This document shows positions 20,598 through 30,687 of a stretch of DNA of 64,000 nucleotides, piece by piece (position 1 is the stretch's first letter; every line of letters starts with the position of its first letter). Both the position numbers and the translations under genes were made by a program. The notes beneath the pieces are model-generated. The model did no database searches, was not told the DNA's origin, and saw only the letters and a list, made by a program, of their open reading frames with translations. The stretch spans positions 70,758 to 134,757 of the forward strand of contig JAQGGW010000005.1 in assembly GCA_028289135.1 (NCBI GenBank), in the 5' to 3' direction. The stretch is from Candidatus Saccharimonadota bacterium (GTDB lineage: Bacteria; Patescibacteriota; Saccharimonadia; Saccharimonadales; JACDBH01).

Positions 20598-20846
20598 ATG
20601 GCAAAAAACATCACTATCTATACTACGAACACCTGCGCATCTTGTGCCATGGTAAAAAAGTGGTTAGGCGCAAAAGGCCATAGCTACGACGAAGTAAACA
20701 TCGACAACGAACCACACCGCCAGGCTGAGGCCTTGGCTGTTAGTGGCGCCCTCACAGTGCCAGTTACAGTAGTAACAAAAGAAGATGATTCACAAGAAGT
20801 GGTAATCGGGTTAAATCTTGCAAGACTTGCGCCTGCACTAGCTTAA
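20598..20846 (+). CDS. Glutaredoxin/NrdH-like redoxin
   Basis: ITIYTTNTCASC (CxxC), G.LTVPV, VIG. Confidence 0.88.
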   Translation: MAKNITIYTTNTCASCAMVKKWLGAKGHSYDEVNIDNEPHRQAEALAVSGALTVPVTVVTKEDDSQEVVIGLNLARLAPALA

Positions 20847-20942
20847 GTAATTACTTATTTTTCGTAAGCATTATTCGTTTTACGCAAGTGTTTAGGTATA
20901 ATAAGACCAGTAATTAGTAGCTAAGTAGAATTGGATATTTTT

Positions 20943-21896
20943 ATGGCTGACGCCAAAATTCATGACCTCGTTATTGTTGGTGCCGGACCGGCGGCTTTAA
21001 GCTGTGCAGTTTATACTACCCGCGAAGATATTGAGACACTTTTGTACGAAAAGGCCGTTCCTGGCGGACTCATCAGCACGACTGACTGGGTCGACAACTA
21101 CCCAGGCTTTCCAGACGGCATCGAAGGCCTAACCCTTGGCGACAATATGCGCAAACAAGCCGAACGCTTTGGCGCGGTTATTGAGCTTGGCGAAGTCTTG
21201 GGTCTCAAAAAACAGGGAGATATTATTACGCTGGACACCACAGACGGCGACGTCCAGGCCAAGAGCGTGCTGATTGCAACTGGCAGCGGCTACAAAAAAA
21301 TCGGTGTCCCTGGCGAAGATGCCTACTACGCCCGCGGCGTGCACTACTGCGCAACCTGTGACGGAGCATTTTATCGCGACAAGCGCCTGGTGGTTGTTGG
21401 CGGCGGCAACTCTGCCGTCCAAGAAGCCATGTTCTTAACCCGTTTTGCCTCCCACATCGACATGCTGGTCCGTTCTGACTTCCGTGCATCTGATGTTTTG
21501 GTTAAAGAACTTGAAAGCAAGTTTGCCGACAAGATTACAGTGCATAAAGGCATTATTACAGACGAAATCCTAGGCGCCGAAATCGACGGCATGAATAAGG
21601 TCAATAAAGTTCTTGGCACCGACAAAGCCACGGGCAAAAAGGTAGAATTCGAAACTGACGGCGTATTCGTTTTTGTTGGCCTGCAACCAAACACTGGATT
21701 CTTAAAAGGCAGCGGTGTTGAGCTTGACGAAATTGGACTTATAAAAAGCAGCGCCGACACACTAACAACCGCCATCCCGGGTGTGTTTGTAGCTGGTGAT
21801 TGCCGTGCCGATGCGACCCTCCAGATTGCTACCGCTGTTGGCGAAGGCGCCACCGCCGCCCTCAAAATCCGCGAATTCCTCGAAGGCCACCTTTAG
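20943..21896 (+). CDS. trxB: Thioredoxin-disulfide reductase
   Basis: GAGPA, NYPGF, YCATCDG, GGGNSA, GVFVAGD. Confidence 0.95.
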   Translation: MADAKIHDLVIVGAGPAALSCAVYTTREDIETLLYEKAVPGGLISTTDWVDNYPGFPDGIEGLTLGDNMRKQAERFGAVIELGEVLGLKKQGDIITLDTTDGDVQAKSVLIATGSGYKKIGVPGEDAYYARGVHYCATCDGAFYRDKRLVVVGGGNSAVQEAMFLTRFASHIDMLVRSDFRASDVLVKELESKFADKITVHKGIITDEILGAEIDGMNKVNKVLGTDKATGKKVEFETDGVFVFVGLQPNTGFLKGSGVELDEIGLIKSSADTLTTAIPGVFVAGDCRADATLQIATAVGEGATAALKIREFLEGHL

Positions 21897-21898
21897 TC

Positions 21899-22276
21899 TT
21901 ATTTTTTAGAAAGCGTCAGTTCTTCGTCGACAAGTGTCAAAAGTAAAGCTGGAGTAATGCTCGACTTAAGCACAGTCTTGGCAGCACCAAGCATTAAAGT
22001 TTCGTCGATCTCATTGCCGCCGCTCAGATTTGTAAGCACCACAACCCGCGTATTTGGCGCAGTTGTTTTGAGGTTGGCCTTTTTTAGAAACTCTACACCG
22101 TTGCAATATGGCATCATAATGTCGAGCAGGATAAGGTCATAGCTTTTTTTCTGGCAGAGCCTTAAGGCTTCATTGCCGTTTTCGGCGTTATCAACCTGGT
22201 GTCCTTTTGACTTCAGCACAATACTAAATGGTGTGCTAATTATTAACTCGTCCTCAACGAGTAAAATCTTAGCCAT
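21899..22276 (-). CDS. Single-domain response regulator (CheY-like receiver)
   Basis: KILLVEDE, DLILLDIMMP..NG, VLTN, K; start MAKILL at 22276. Confidence 0.92.
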   Translation of the reverse strand: MAKILLVEDELIISTPFSIVLKSKGHQVDNAENGNEALRLCQKKSYDLILLDIMMPYCNGVEFLKKANLKTTAPNTRVVVLTNLSGGNEIDETLMLGAAKTVLKSSITPALLLTLVDEELTLSKK

Positions 22277-23459
22277 TAGTTTTCTCCGCCGGCAAAAATA
22301 CCGAAAAGGTCGTGCCTTTTTTTGGCACTGAATCCAGGTCAATATGTCCGCCGTGCAGCTGGATAATTTTTCCGGCCCAATAAAGCCCCAGCCCGCTGCC
22401 GCTAACATTTTTGGTCAGTGGGTTCGAAAGGCGGCTGAACTTTTCAAACAGCTTTTTAATATCGGATTTTTTAATCCCAACACCGTTGTCCTGGATGCTA
22501 ATCTTATAAAACTTGCCGGCACGGGTAAGGCTAATAATGATTTTACCTTTAGACATTGTGTATTTGCTGGCATTGTCGATGAGGTTTTCTAATACCATTC
22601 TAAAACGGATAGGGTCAACACTTCCAACAAGCGTATGGTCGGGTATTTTAAGAACTACCTGCTGTTGGCGGACCTTAAACATTTCCACCTGCTCGTCAAT
22701 TATGTTTTCAATAACATCGCACAATAGGGTTGGGGCTTTATTTAAGCTAACCTTGCCAGCATCAAGCTGCGCGACCTGAAGCAGGTCATTGATAATCTCA
22801 ATTTCTCGTTCGTTACTTTCATACGCCTTCTGCAGGCAGTCCAATTGCGGCTCCGTTAATTCTCCCATATATCCTTCAAGTAGAATACCAAGGTACTGCT
22901 TTACCCCAGTCGCGGGTGTGCGGAGCTGGTGCGACGCAAGCGACACAAATTCGTCCTTGAGCTCATTGAGACGCTGCATTTCTTTGTAGGACGCTTCAAG
23001 TTTTACATTAGCGTCAAATAGCGTATCTTCGTGTAATTTTCTTTCCGTAAGGTCGCGGGTAACTTTGGCAAACCCGCGGTGGATGCCTTGTCTGTCGAAC
23101 AGAGCGGTAATAATAACGTTTGCCCAAAATCTCGAACCATCCTTGCGAATACGCCAGCCTTCGTCCTCCACACGGCCGTTGGCCTTGCTCTCTTCAAGTT
23201 CGCGCGCTGGTTTGCCGGATTTTTTATCTTCTTCGCTATAAAATACTGAAAAATGTTTGCCGATAATCTCGTTTGGCTTGTAGCCTTTAAACTTTTCCGC
23301 GCCTAAGTTCCAACTGACGATATGGCCCTCGGTATCGAGCAAAAAAATCGCATAGTCTTCGATATTTTCGACCAAAAGCTTATAGCGCTCCAGCTGGTCG
23401 GTGGAATTTTCCTGGGAATAATAGTTTTTTGTGTGCGTAGTCTTGGTATTGTTGCTCAA
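22269..23459 (-). CDS. Cytoplasmic PAS-domain sensor histidine kinase
   Basis: PAS (WNLGAE..KGY, RIRKDGSRFWA), SHQLRTP, NLIDNA, DNGVG, GSGLGL. Confidence 0.93.
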   Translation of the reverse strand: MSNNTKTTHTKNYYSQENSTDQLERYKLLVENIEDYAIFLLDTEGHIVSWNLGAEKFKGYKPNEIIGKHFSVFYSEEDKKSGKPARELEESKANGRVEDEGWRIRKDGSRFWANVIITALFDRQGIHRGFAKVTRDLTERKLHEDTLFDANVKLEASYKEMQRLNELKDEFVSLASHQLRTPATGVKQYLGILLEGYMGELTEPQLDCLQKAYESNEREIEIINDLLQVAQLDAGKVSLNKAPTLLCDVIENIIDEQVEMFKVRQQQVVLKIPDHTLVGSVDPIRFRMVLENLIDNASKYTMSKGKIIISLTRAGKFYKISIQDNGVGIKKSDIKKLFEKFSRLSNPLTKNVSGSGLGLYWAGKIIQLHGGHIDLDSVPKKGTTFSVFLPAEKTNG

Positions 23460-23639
23460 ATTAACACCCCTAATGAGTTACTTACTACGGTTCTCCTAAA
23501 CTGCTTATAATAAGTATATTAAGTAAACTGCGTCCAGAGTGCAATAATTTTTACAGAGTCTTTACACTTTTGGGCAATACTATATTTTTGGCGCCTAACA
23601 AAGAAATACCCAATGCTTAAACCGAAGGGTACGAGTAAG

Positions 23640-24314
23640 CTACTTTTTGATTTTGTTTAAAATGTCAGGGCGGTTGGTGGTGATGGCGACACGGGGGTAC
23701 ATACAGGCAAACCAGCGCATTAGGCCCGGTGTGTCGATAGTGTACGTAGCCAGCTCAATACGGTTGAACCGGGCAAACCAGTAGGTGAAGGGGTTCAGGA
23801 TCCAAAAGTTAAGATCCACGCCATATAGACCCAATCGATGTGCGGTGCCAATAGTTTTAAAGGCGTTTTGGCGTTCCAGTGCGTAGCATTTGGCTTCTGG
23901 CATAAGCTCATGCAAGATGCCAAGCTCAGCGTGGTTAAACGCAATCACACAAAAATTAGTAACATTATTCTTAAGTAAATATTCAGCTAGTGGTTTAGCC
24001 CAGCCGCTACCCTTTCCTTCTATTATAGCTGTTGCTTCACCTCGTACTGCTAAGGCTTCGTCGAGAGTTGGGATTGGTTCACCATCAAGAGTTTTGACTA
24101 CTCGTATCTGTTCGTGTGTAAGATTTCTTACAAGCTCAGACACTCCAGCAACACGAAGCAAAGTCGAGTCATGGCTTAATACAAACACCCCGTCTTTTGT
24201 TAGGCGCACGTCAAACTCAACCGCATCCGCCCCAGCCGCAATCCCGGCCTGAACAGCCTTTATGGTGTTTTCTGGCGCAAGCCCAGCTGCGCCGCGGTGA
24301 CCGATGATTTTCAT
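23640..24314 (-). CDS. Glycerophosphodiester phosphodiesterase (GDPD)
   Basis: IGHRGA...PENT, EFDVRLTKDG..V.SHD, IPTL, TNRP. Confidence 0.93.
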   Translation of the reverse strand: MKIIGHRGAAGLAPENTIKAVQAGIAAGADAVEFDVRLTKDGVFVLSHDSTLLRVAGVSELVRNLTHEQIRVVKTLDGEPIPTLDEALAVRGEATAIIEGKGSGWAKPLAEYLLKNNVTNFCVIAFNHAELGILHELMPEAKCYALERQNAFKTIGTAHRLGLYGVDLNFWILNPFTYWFARFNRIELATYTIDTPGLMRWFACMYPRVAITTNRPDILNKIKK

Positions 24315-24371
24315 TACACCTTAGTGTACAATATTACCTAAGTAACCGAAGATAAAAGGAGACCGAAAAAT

Positions 24372-24896
24372 ATGGCAGATTACGATGAATTATATGATGC
24401 AGGCGTTGAAGGCGAATTTATCAACACCGTTATAGAAATCCCAAAGGGTTCAATGCTTAAGGTCGAATACGACCGCGAAAAGAAAACCTTTATCTTGGAC
24501 CGCGTTGAACCAGGCATTTTTGCCAAGCCTGTGAGCTATGGCTTTATTCCGCGCACCACAGACGAAGACGGCGATGCGCTTGATACGCTGCTAATTTGCG
24601 AAGAAGGTGTGCCAATGGGCGTGGTTGTTAAGGCAACAGTCATTGGGGTTTTGAACTTTGTTGACGGCGGCGAAAAGGACTTTAAGATCATCTGCGTACC
24701 AGAAGACGACCGCCATGCTGGAAACACAATCAAATCTTTGGACGACCTTACTGCTGGACTTAAGCAACAGATCGAACACCACTTTAACCACTACAAAGAT
24801 ATCAAGAAGCCAGGAACTACTGTGGTCGAGGGTTGGGGTGATGCAGCTGCCGCATGGAAAGTGATCGCCGACTGCAAAGCTGTTTACGCTAAGTAA
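24372..24896 (+). CDS. ppa: Inorganic pyrophosphatase (family I)
   Basis: IEIPKGS..K.E, YGFIP.T..EDGDALD, D.GEKDFK, FNHYK. Confidence 0.95.
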   Translation: MADYDELYDAGVEGEFINTVIEIPKGSMLKVEYDREKKTFILDRVEPGIFAKPVSYGFIPRTTDEDGDALDTLLICEEGVPMGVVVKATVIGVLNFVDGGEKDFKIICVPEDDRHAGNTIKSLDDLTAGLKQQIEHHFNHYKDIKKPGTTVVEGWGDAAAAWKVIADCKAVYAK

Positions 24897-24898
24897 TA

Positions 24899-25486
24899 AT
24901 GAAAAAGCTGATCCCAAAAGACGTTAATCTCATACCCGATTCCGCCAAGTTGGTTTTTAAAGGCGAAATCTATGACATTTATCAGTGGGAACAAGAGCTC
25001 TATGGCGGAAGCTTTAAAACTTTCGAAATGGGTAAAAGATGTGATACTGTCAATGTTTTTGCAATTGTTGATGGCGAAATAATACTTCTGGAAGATGAAC
25101 AGCCGCACCGGAAGATGCTTTTGGCTTTGCCCGGTGGGCATGTTGATGATACTGATTCATCTATTCTTGAAGCGGCAAAGCGTGAACTTGTGGAAGAGGC
25201 CGGGTATAGCCTTCAAAACTGGAAACTTATAGATGTTGTTAAGCCAATCGAAAAGCTGGAGTGGTTTATCCATACATTTATTGCATATGGCACATATGAA
25301 AAAACCGACCAGCATATTGACGCAGGTGAGCGGATTAAGGTTATGCATAAGTCATTTGAAGAAATTAAATCCTTAGCCGAAGCAGGTGAAGAACGCCTTA
25401 TTCATCACTTATCGTTTTTGAAAAATAAAACTTTAGAAGAATTTATTGCGACCCCAGAATTTGAAGGAATTGAAGTAGACCGCTAA
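24899..25486 (+). CDS. NUDIX hydrolase (ADP-ribose pyrophosphatase-like)
   Basis: LPGGHVD...AAKRELVEEAGY, DAGERI. Confidence 0.88.
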   Translation: MKKLIPKDVNLIPDSAKLVFKGEIYDIYQWEQELYGGSFKTFEMGKRCDTVNVFAIVDGEIILLEDEQPHRKMLLALPGGHVDDTDSSILEAAKRELVEEAGYSLQNWKLIDVVKPIEKLEWFIHTFIAYGTYEKTDQHIDAGERIKVMHKSFEEIKSLAEAGEERLIHHLSFLKNKTLEEFIATPEFEGIEVDR

Positions 25487-26253
25487 TGGATAACTTAGAC
25501 GAATATATCAAAAACGCCGAAGCAGCTATTTTAGCAGTACTTAAAGAATGGCATCCGCGGCTAATGGAACATTTTGGGGAGAATAACTATAGTCTTAAAG
25601 CAGACAAAACAGTAGTAACGGAGTTGGATAAGTCATTAGAAATAGAGCTTAAGGATGCTTTGAAGATTTTAAATCCTAAGGTAGGTTATTTAGGCGAGGA
25701 GCACGGCCAAGAAGGTCCAAAAGATATTTTTTGGCTGGTAGACCCTATTGACGGTACAGAGCTGTACATTCGTGGGCTAGACGGCTGCCGCACACTTTTA
25801 TGCCTTATCGTGAACGATGAGCCAGTTTACGCATTCGCTTATAGATTTGTAAAAGGTGATCTTTTTACGGCTCAAAAAGGCAAAGGAATGTTTCACGATG
25901 GCGTTCAGGTGCATATTAAGCCGCGTGTGCTTAACCGATTGTGGGTTGAAGTATCGATTGATATGAACAATGAAGAAACAATGGCAGCAATTGTAAGAAT
26001 AGCTAAAAACGTAAACGCTGTGCTTTATACAAAAGAATTCCTAAGAATTTTTGAAGGTTTTGCTGATGCGCATATTGCTGCAAGCCTTGGCGGCCCATGG
26101 GATTACACACCGCGGGCACTTTTTATGCAAGAAGCTGGAGCAAGGATTAGTAACATTGGCAGCGAAACTTATGACTATAAGAACCCAACTTTACTGGCTG
26201 CTCACCCTGATGTATTTGATGATCTTAAGAACCTCTTGTCGCCTCAAGCATAA
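25486..26253 (+). CDS. Inositol monophosphatase (FIG superfamily) phosphatase
   Basis: VTELD, GEE, WLVDPIDGT, PWDY...EAGA. Confidence 0.88.
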   Translation: MDNLDEYIKNAEAAILAVLKEWHPRLMEHFGENNYSLKADKTVVTELDKSLEIELKDALKILNPKVGYLGEEHGQEGPKDIFWLVDPIDGTELYIRGLDGCRTLLCLIVNDEPVYAFAYRFVKGDLFTAQKGKGMFHDGVQVHIKPRVLNRLWVEVSIDMNNEETMAAIVRIAKNVNAVLYTKEFLRIFEGFADAHIAASLGGPWDYTPRALFMQEAGARISNIGSETYDYKNPTLLAAHPDVFDDLKNLLSPQA

Positions 26254-26292
26254 GCATATACAATACCCCTATAGAACTAAGGGGGCAAAAAC

Positions 26293-27321
26293 TTGAAAAC
26301 TAAAGTAGCTATTAACGGGTTTGGACGGATAGGGCGCAACGCATTTAAGATTGCTTTTGAGCGCGATGACCTTGAAATTGTCGCCATCAACGACTTAACA
26401 GATACAAAGACGCTTGCGAACTTGCTCAAGCACGACAGCAACTACGGCGCTTACGAGCATGATGTCACATTTGACGAAAAGCACCTGATTGTTAAGGGTC
26501 AAAAAATCAAAGTATTGGCCGAACGCGATCCTGCGCTGCTTCCTTGGGAAGAAAATGACATTGATGTTGTGATTGAATCGACCGGCTTTTTTGTTGACCC
26601 AGCCAAAGCCCAGGCACACATTTCTGCCGGCGCCAAAAAAGTTGTCTTAAGCGGCCCGGCCAAGGGCGAAGGCGCTACAACAATCGTACTTGGCGTTAAC
26701 GAAGACAAGCTTGAAACTTCAGGCGATATTATTAGCAACGCATCTTGCACCACCAACTGCATCACTCCAGTTGCAGCCGTGATCGAAAGCAACTTTGGCA
26801 TCGAAAAGGCCATGATGACAACCATCCACAGCTACACCGCCAGCCAAGCGTTGCAGGACGCACCAAACCACGATCTGCGTGAAGGCCGCAATGCAGCCGA
26901 AAACATTGTCCCAACTACAACTGGTGCATCAAAAGCCGCTGCGCTTGCTTTGCCAGCACTCGAAGGCATCTTTGGCGGTCTCAGCATCCGCGTACCAACC
27001 CCTGTTGTATCTTTAAGCGATTTCGTCATTATAACCAAGCGCCCAGTTACGGTCGAAGAAGTTAACGAAGTATTCCTAAAAGCTTCCAAGACACCATATT
27101 ACGAAGGCATTTTGGCCGTAACCGACGAAGAACTTGTCTCGCGCGACTTTATCGGCAACAGCCACTCGGCGACGGTCGACATGAAGCTTACTGCCGTCAT
27201 TGGCGGAAATATGCTTAAAGTTGTTGCTTGGTACGACAACGAGTGGGGATACAGCAACCGTTTGGTAGAAGTTGTGGCCGACACCGGCCGGATTTTGCAC
27301 GGCGCAAAAGCCGAGAAATAG
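26293..27321 (+). CDS. gap: Glyceraldehyde-3-phosphate dehydrogenase type I
   Basis: INGFGRIGR, SNASCTTNC, WYDNEWGY; TTG start after GGGGG. Confidence 0.97.
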   Translation: MKTKVAINGFGRIGRNAFKIAFERDDLEIVAINDLTDTKTLANLLKHDSNYGAYEHDVTFDEKHLIVKGQKIKVLAERDPALLPWEENDIDVVIESTGFFVDPAKAQAHISAGAKKVVLSGPAKGEGATTIVLGVNEDKLETSGDIISNASCTTNCITPVAAVIESNFGIEKAMMTTIHSYTASQALQDAPNHDLREGRNAAENIVPTTTGASKAAALALPALEGIFGGLSIRVPTPVVSLSDFVIITKRPVTVEEVNEVFLKASKTPYYEGILAVTDEELVSRDFIGNSHSATVDMKLTAVIGGNMLKVVAWYDNEWGYSNRLVEVVADTGRILHGAKAEK

Positions 27322-27327
27322 CAGACA

Positions 27328-27771
27328 ATGAAAGTATACGTAGGCAGTGACCATAACGGCTTTAAACTCAAGGCTACATTGGTTAGCTATTTGCAAAAGC
27401 AGGGTTTTGAAGTGGTCGACGACAGTACAGGCGAGCTAAACCCGGAAGACGACTATCCGGTGTTTGCACGCAAGGTTACGGCAGATATGCTGGCTTCGGC
27501 TGACCCGGAACCACGCGGGATTTTAATTTGCGGCAGTGGCCAGGGCATGTGTATGGCGGCCAACCGTTTTAAAGGCATCCGCGCCGCGCTTGGTTACGAC
27601 CGTGAGTCTGTCCGGGCAGCGCGCAATGACGACGATGCCAATGTGTTATGCCTTGCGGTTCGGACGCTAGAAGCTGAAGGGGGCTATGGGCTGATTGATA
27701 CGTTTTTACGCACTCCTTTTGCCGCCGCTCCGCGTTTTATTAGGCGGGTTCAGGAAATGGACCAAATCTAA
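27328..27771 (+). CDS. rpiB: Ribose-5-phosphate isomerase B
   Basis: GSDHNG, DDYP, ICGSGQG, ANRFKGIRAA, ANVLCL. Confidence 0.95.
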   Translation: MKVYVGSDHNGFKLKATLVSYLQKQGFEVVDDSTGELNPEDDYPVFARKVTADMLASADPEPRGILICGSGQGMCMAANRFKGIRAALGYDRESVRAARNDDDANVLCLAVRTLEAEGGYGLIDTFLRTPFAAAPRFIRRVQEMDQI

Positions 27772-28416
27772 ATGCCTGCGGTAATTTGCCCGACGATTAC
27801 CGCTTTTTCTGCGGCGCAGTACCGCGAACAGCTGCAAAATATCCAAGGTTTTGCAGACCGGATACATATCGACCTAATGGATGGCGTATTTGCGCCGACA
27901 ACTTCAGTGGCCATTGCTGATGTTTGGTGGCAGCCCGGGCCGGCGATTGATGTGCATGTTATGTACCAGCGTCCTCTGGAATATTTGGAAGAGCTAGTGG
28001 CATTAAAACCGCATATGATTGTTGTCCATGCCGAGTCCGAGGGTGTTTTAGAGTTCTTGCACGAAATAGACGGGCTTGGCATCAAAAAAGGACTTTGTTT
28101 GCTTAAAGACACTGCAGTAAAAGACGCAGAATCTTTGGTACGCGTGGTTGACCATGTGCTGATTTTTAGCGGCGAGCTGGGCAAATTTGGCGGCACGGTT
28201 GATTTGGCTTTACTAGAAAAAGTTAAGCAGCTGAAACAGATTAAACCAAGTCTCGAGATTGGCTGGGATGGCGGAATTAATCCAGAAAACGCGGCCGCAT
28301 TGGTCGCTGGCGGGATTGACGTTTTAAACGTCGGCGGCTTTGTCCAAAAGGCCGAAAACCCTGAGGAAGCCTATGATACACTTAAGGCTGTAACAAGTGA
28401 GGGCATACGTGGCTGA
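27772..28416 (+). CDS. rpe: Ribulose-phosphate 3-epimerase
   Basis: HIDLMDGVF, DVHVM, VHAE, DGGIN. Confidence 0.92.
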   Translation: MPAVICPTITAFSAAQYREQLQNIQGFADRIHIDLMDGVFAPTTSVAIADVWWQPGPAIDVHVMYQRPLEYLEELVALKPHMIVVHAESEGVLEFLHEIDGLGIKKGLCLLKDTAVKDAESLVRVVDHVLIFSGELGKFGGTVDLALLEKVKQLKQIKPSLEIGWDGGINPENAAALVAGGIDVLNVGGFVQKAENPEEAYDTLKAVTSEGIRG

Positions 28417-29272
28417 TCAACCATCCTACACAATCGAAGAGCTGGAGCTTAAGGCTGTCCAAATCCGCGAGGATATTATCAAGATGCTCGAGCATGCCAA
28501 GAGCGGCCACTCGGCCGGGCCATTGGGGCTTGCTGACATTTTTACCGCGCTTTATTTTAATATTTTAAAACACGACCCCAAAAACCCTGATTGGGAAAAA
28601 CGCGATATTTTGCTGCTAAGCAACGGCCACTGCGTGCCGGTGCGTTATGCGACCATGGCCAACGCCGGCTATTTTGACCGCAGCGAACTTAAGACACTGC
28701 GCGCATTCGGGTCACGCTTGCAGGGCCACCCGGAGCGCCTAAAACTGCCAGGCATGGAAACGACAAGTGGGCCGCTTGGCAGCGGACTTAGCCAGGCTTG
28801 CGGCATGGCACTTGGCCTGCGGATGAATAACGAACTTCACCGCTGGGTCTATGTGGTGATGGGCGACGGCGAACTCAACGAGGGCAACATTTGGGAAGCG
28901 GCCATGCTGGCCAGCAAATATCACCTTAGCAACATTATTGGGATTATAGACCGCAATAACATCCAAATCGACGGTCCAACAGAGAGTGTTATGCCGCTAG
29001 AAGACCTTCGCGGCAAGTGGGAAGCATTTGGCTGGCACGTTATCGAAGTTGACGGCAACAACATTGATGCCTTCATCGACGCCTGCGCCATGGCCCGTGC
29101 CATTACCGAAAAGCCGATTATGATTATTGCCCACACTATCCCGGGCAAAGGCGTGGACTTTATGGAATACGACTTCCACTGGCACGGCATGCCGCCTGAT
29201 CACGACCAGGCTGTTAAGGCGATGCATGAACTCCGAACACTGCAAGGCAGGATTGTGAGTGAACATGAGTAA
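28409..29272 (+). CDS. Transketolase, N-terminal (TPP-binding) subunit
   Basis: SGHSAG, LSNGH, LQGHP, GDGE.NEG..WEA, HTIPGKG; GTG start 28409 (alternative 28397). Confidence 0.95.
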   Translation: MADQPSYTIEELELKAVQIREDIIKMLEHAKSGHSAGPLGLADIFTALYFNILKHDPKNPDWEKRDILLLSNGHCVPVRYATMANAGYFDRSELKTLRAFGSRLQGHPERLKLPGMETTSGPLGSGLSQACGMALGLRMNNELHRWVYVVMGDGELNEGNIWEAAMLASKYHLSNIIGIIDRNNIQIDGPTESVMPLEDLRGKWEAFGWHVIEVDGNNIDAFIDACAMARAITEKPIMIIAHTIPGKGVDFMEYDFHWHGMPPDHDQAVKAMHELRTLQGRIVSEHE

Positions 29273-29702
29273 TACTGCCACAAAGCCGGCAAAAAAAGTT
29301 AACGGCCTAAAAGTTTTGGTGGCCTTTTTAGGAATTATTGTAATTGTAGCGGCGCTTGGATTTGCTATCCAGCTGCTGCGCGGATCGGCCAGGGCAGATG
29401 ACGCCGAAGCGCCAAAACGACCGACAATTGCGGCCAGCTACCAAGCCATCCCACCGCCATCAGAGCTAAAACTGTCGGAGCATCAAACCGTGAGCACTGG
29501 CACTCCGAGCGAAGTTTATTTTTATACTTTTACAACGCCAAAACTAACAGCCTCGGATGATTTTGCCGCTGCTCTCCAAAAATCCGGCTACAGCGTTGTT
29601 AAAGGCACCGATGGTCTGCTTTTTAGCGCGTCAAAAGATGCGACCATTAGCCTGAACTTTACGTTTTCGGATCCTAACCAGTTGAAAGTAGTAGCAATAT
29701 GA
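29265..29702 (+). CDS. Membrane-anchored hypothetical protein between the two transketolase halves
   Basis: ORF overlaps both neighbours (8 nt and 4 nt); N-terminal TM. Confidence 0.75.
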   Translation: MSNTATKPAKKVNGLKVLVAFLGIIVIVAALGFAIQLLRGSARADDAEAPKRPTIAASYQAIPPPSELKLSEHQTVSTGTPSEVYFYTFTTPKLTASDDFAAALQKSGYSVVKGTDGLLFSASKDATISLNFTFSDPNQLKVVAI

Positions 29703-30676
29703 GTGCAACGCATATAACGAACGTAAACAGAGAGCTAAACATGGAGCCGATCCGCAAGGGTTTTGGCCGCGGGCTTAAAGAGGCCGGTGAAAAAAACGCC
29801 AATGTTGTGGCGCTGGTTGCCGACCTGACGGAATCAACCCAGATTAGCTTGTTTAAAGAAACTTTTCCTGACCGGTTTTTTGAGATTGGGATTGCCGAGC
29901 AAAACTTAGTGACTACAGGAGCCGGGCTGGCAGCTATGGGCAAGATTCCTTTTGTTAGTAGCTACGCGGCATTTAGTCCGGGTCGCAACTGGGAACAGAT
30001 CCGTACTACTATTTGTTTAAACGACCGCCCAGTTAAAATCATTGGTTCGCACGCTGGACTTTTCACCGGCAAAGACGGCGCCACCCACCAGATGTTGGAA
30101 GATATTGCATTGATGCGCGTTTTGCCAAATATGGTCGTGCTTGCTCCATGCGACAGCATTGAAGCCGAAAAAATGACGCTCGCGATGGCAGAGGATTCAC
30201 GGCCAAACTATATGCGCCTGGCGCGTGAAGCTACCCCTGTTTTTACAACCAAAGAAACACCGTTTGAGATCGGTAAAGCCTATGTGTTTGACGAAGGCAG
30301 CGACATTACGATAATTGCGACCGGCACTATGACCTACCAAGCGCTGGTGGCCGCCGAAAGCCTATTTAAAGACGGCATTGACGCCGAAGTGGTGCACGTG
30401 GGCACAATTAAGCCGCTCGACGGCGAAACAATCTTAAAAAGCGTTAAAAAAACCGGTGCCGTCGTAACGGTTGAAGAAGCCCAGATTAACGGCGGGCTTG
30501 GCGGGGCTATTGCCGAGCTTTTGGGCGAAAACCTGCCAACACCGATGATACGCATGGGAATGAAAGACCATTTTGGTGAGTCTGGCGACCCGGTTGACCT
30601 GTTTGAGCACTTTGGTTTAACGGCTCATCACATTGTTTTATCTGCCCATCAACTGCTAGCTAAAAATTCTAAATAA
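29699..30676 (+). CDS. Transketolase, C-terminal subunit
   Basis: ADLTEST, GIAEQN, DGATHQ..ED, IKPLD, GGLGGA. Confidence 0.95.
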   Translation: MSATHITNVNRELNMEPIRKGFGRGLKEAGEKNANVVALVADLTESTQISLFKETFPDRFFEIGIAEQNLVTTGAGLAAMGKIPFVSSYAAFSPGRNWEQIRTTICLNDRPVKIIGSHAGLFTGKDGATHQMLEDIALMRVLPNMVVLAPCDSIEAEKMTLAMAEDSRPNYMRLAREATPVFTTKETPFEIGKAYVFDEGSDITIIATGTMTYQALVAAESLFKDGIDAEVVHVGTIKPLDGETILKSVKKTGAVVTVEEAQINGGLGGAIAELLGENLPTPMIRMGMKDHFGESGDPVDLFEHFGLTAHHIVLSAHQLLAKNSK

Positions 30677-30687
30677 GGGAGCCTGCC

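Noticed and set aside
28409-30676. Transketolase pseudogene or frameshift
   Set aside because: Both halves are intact and correspond to the common two-subunit transketolase
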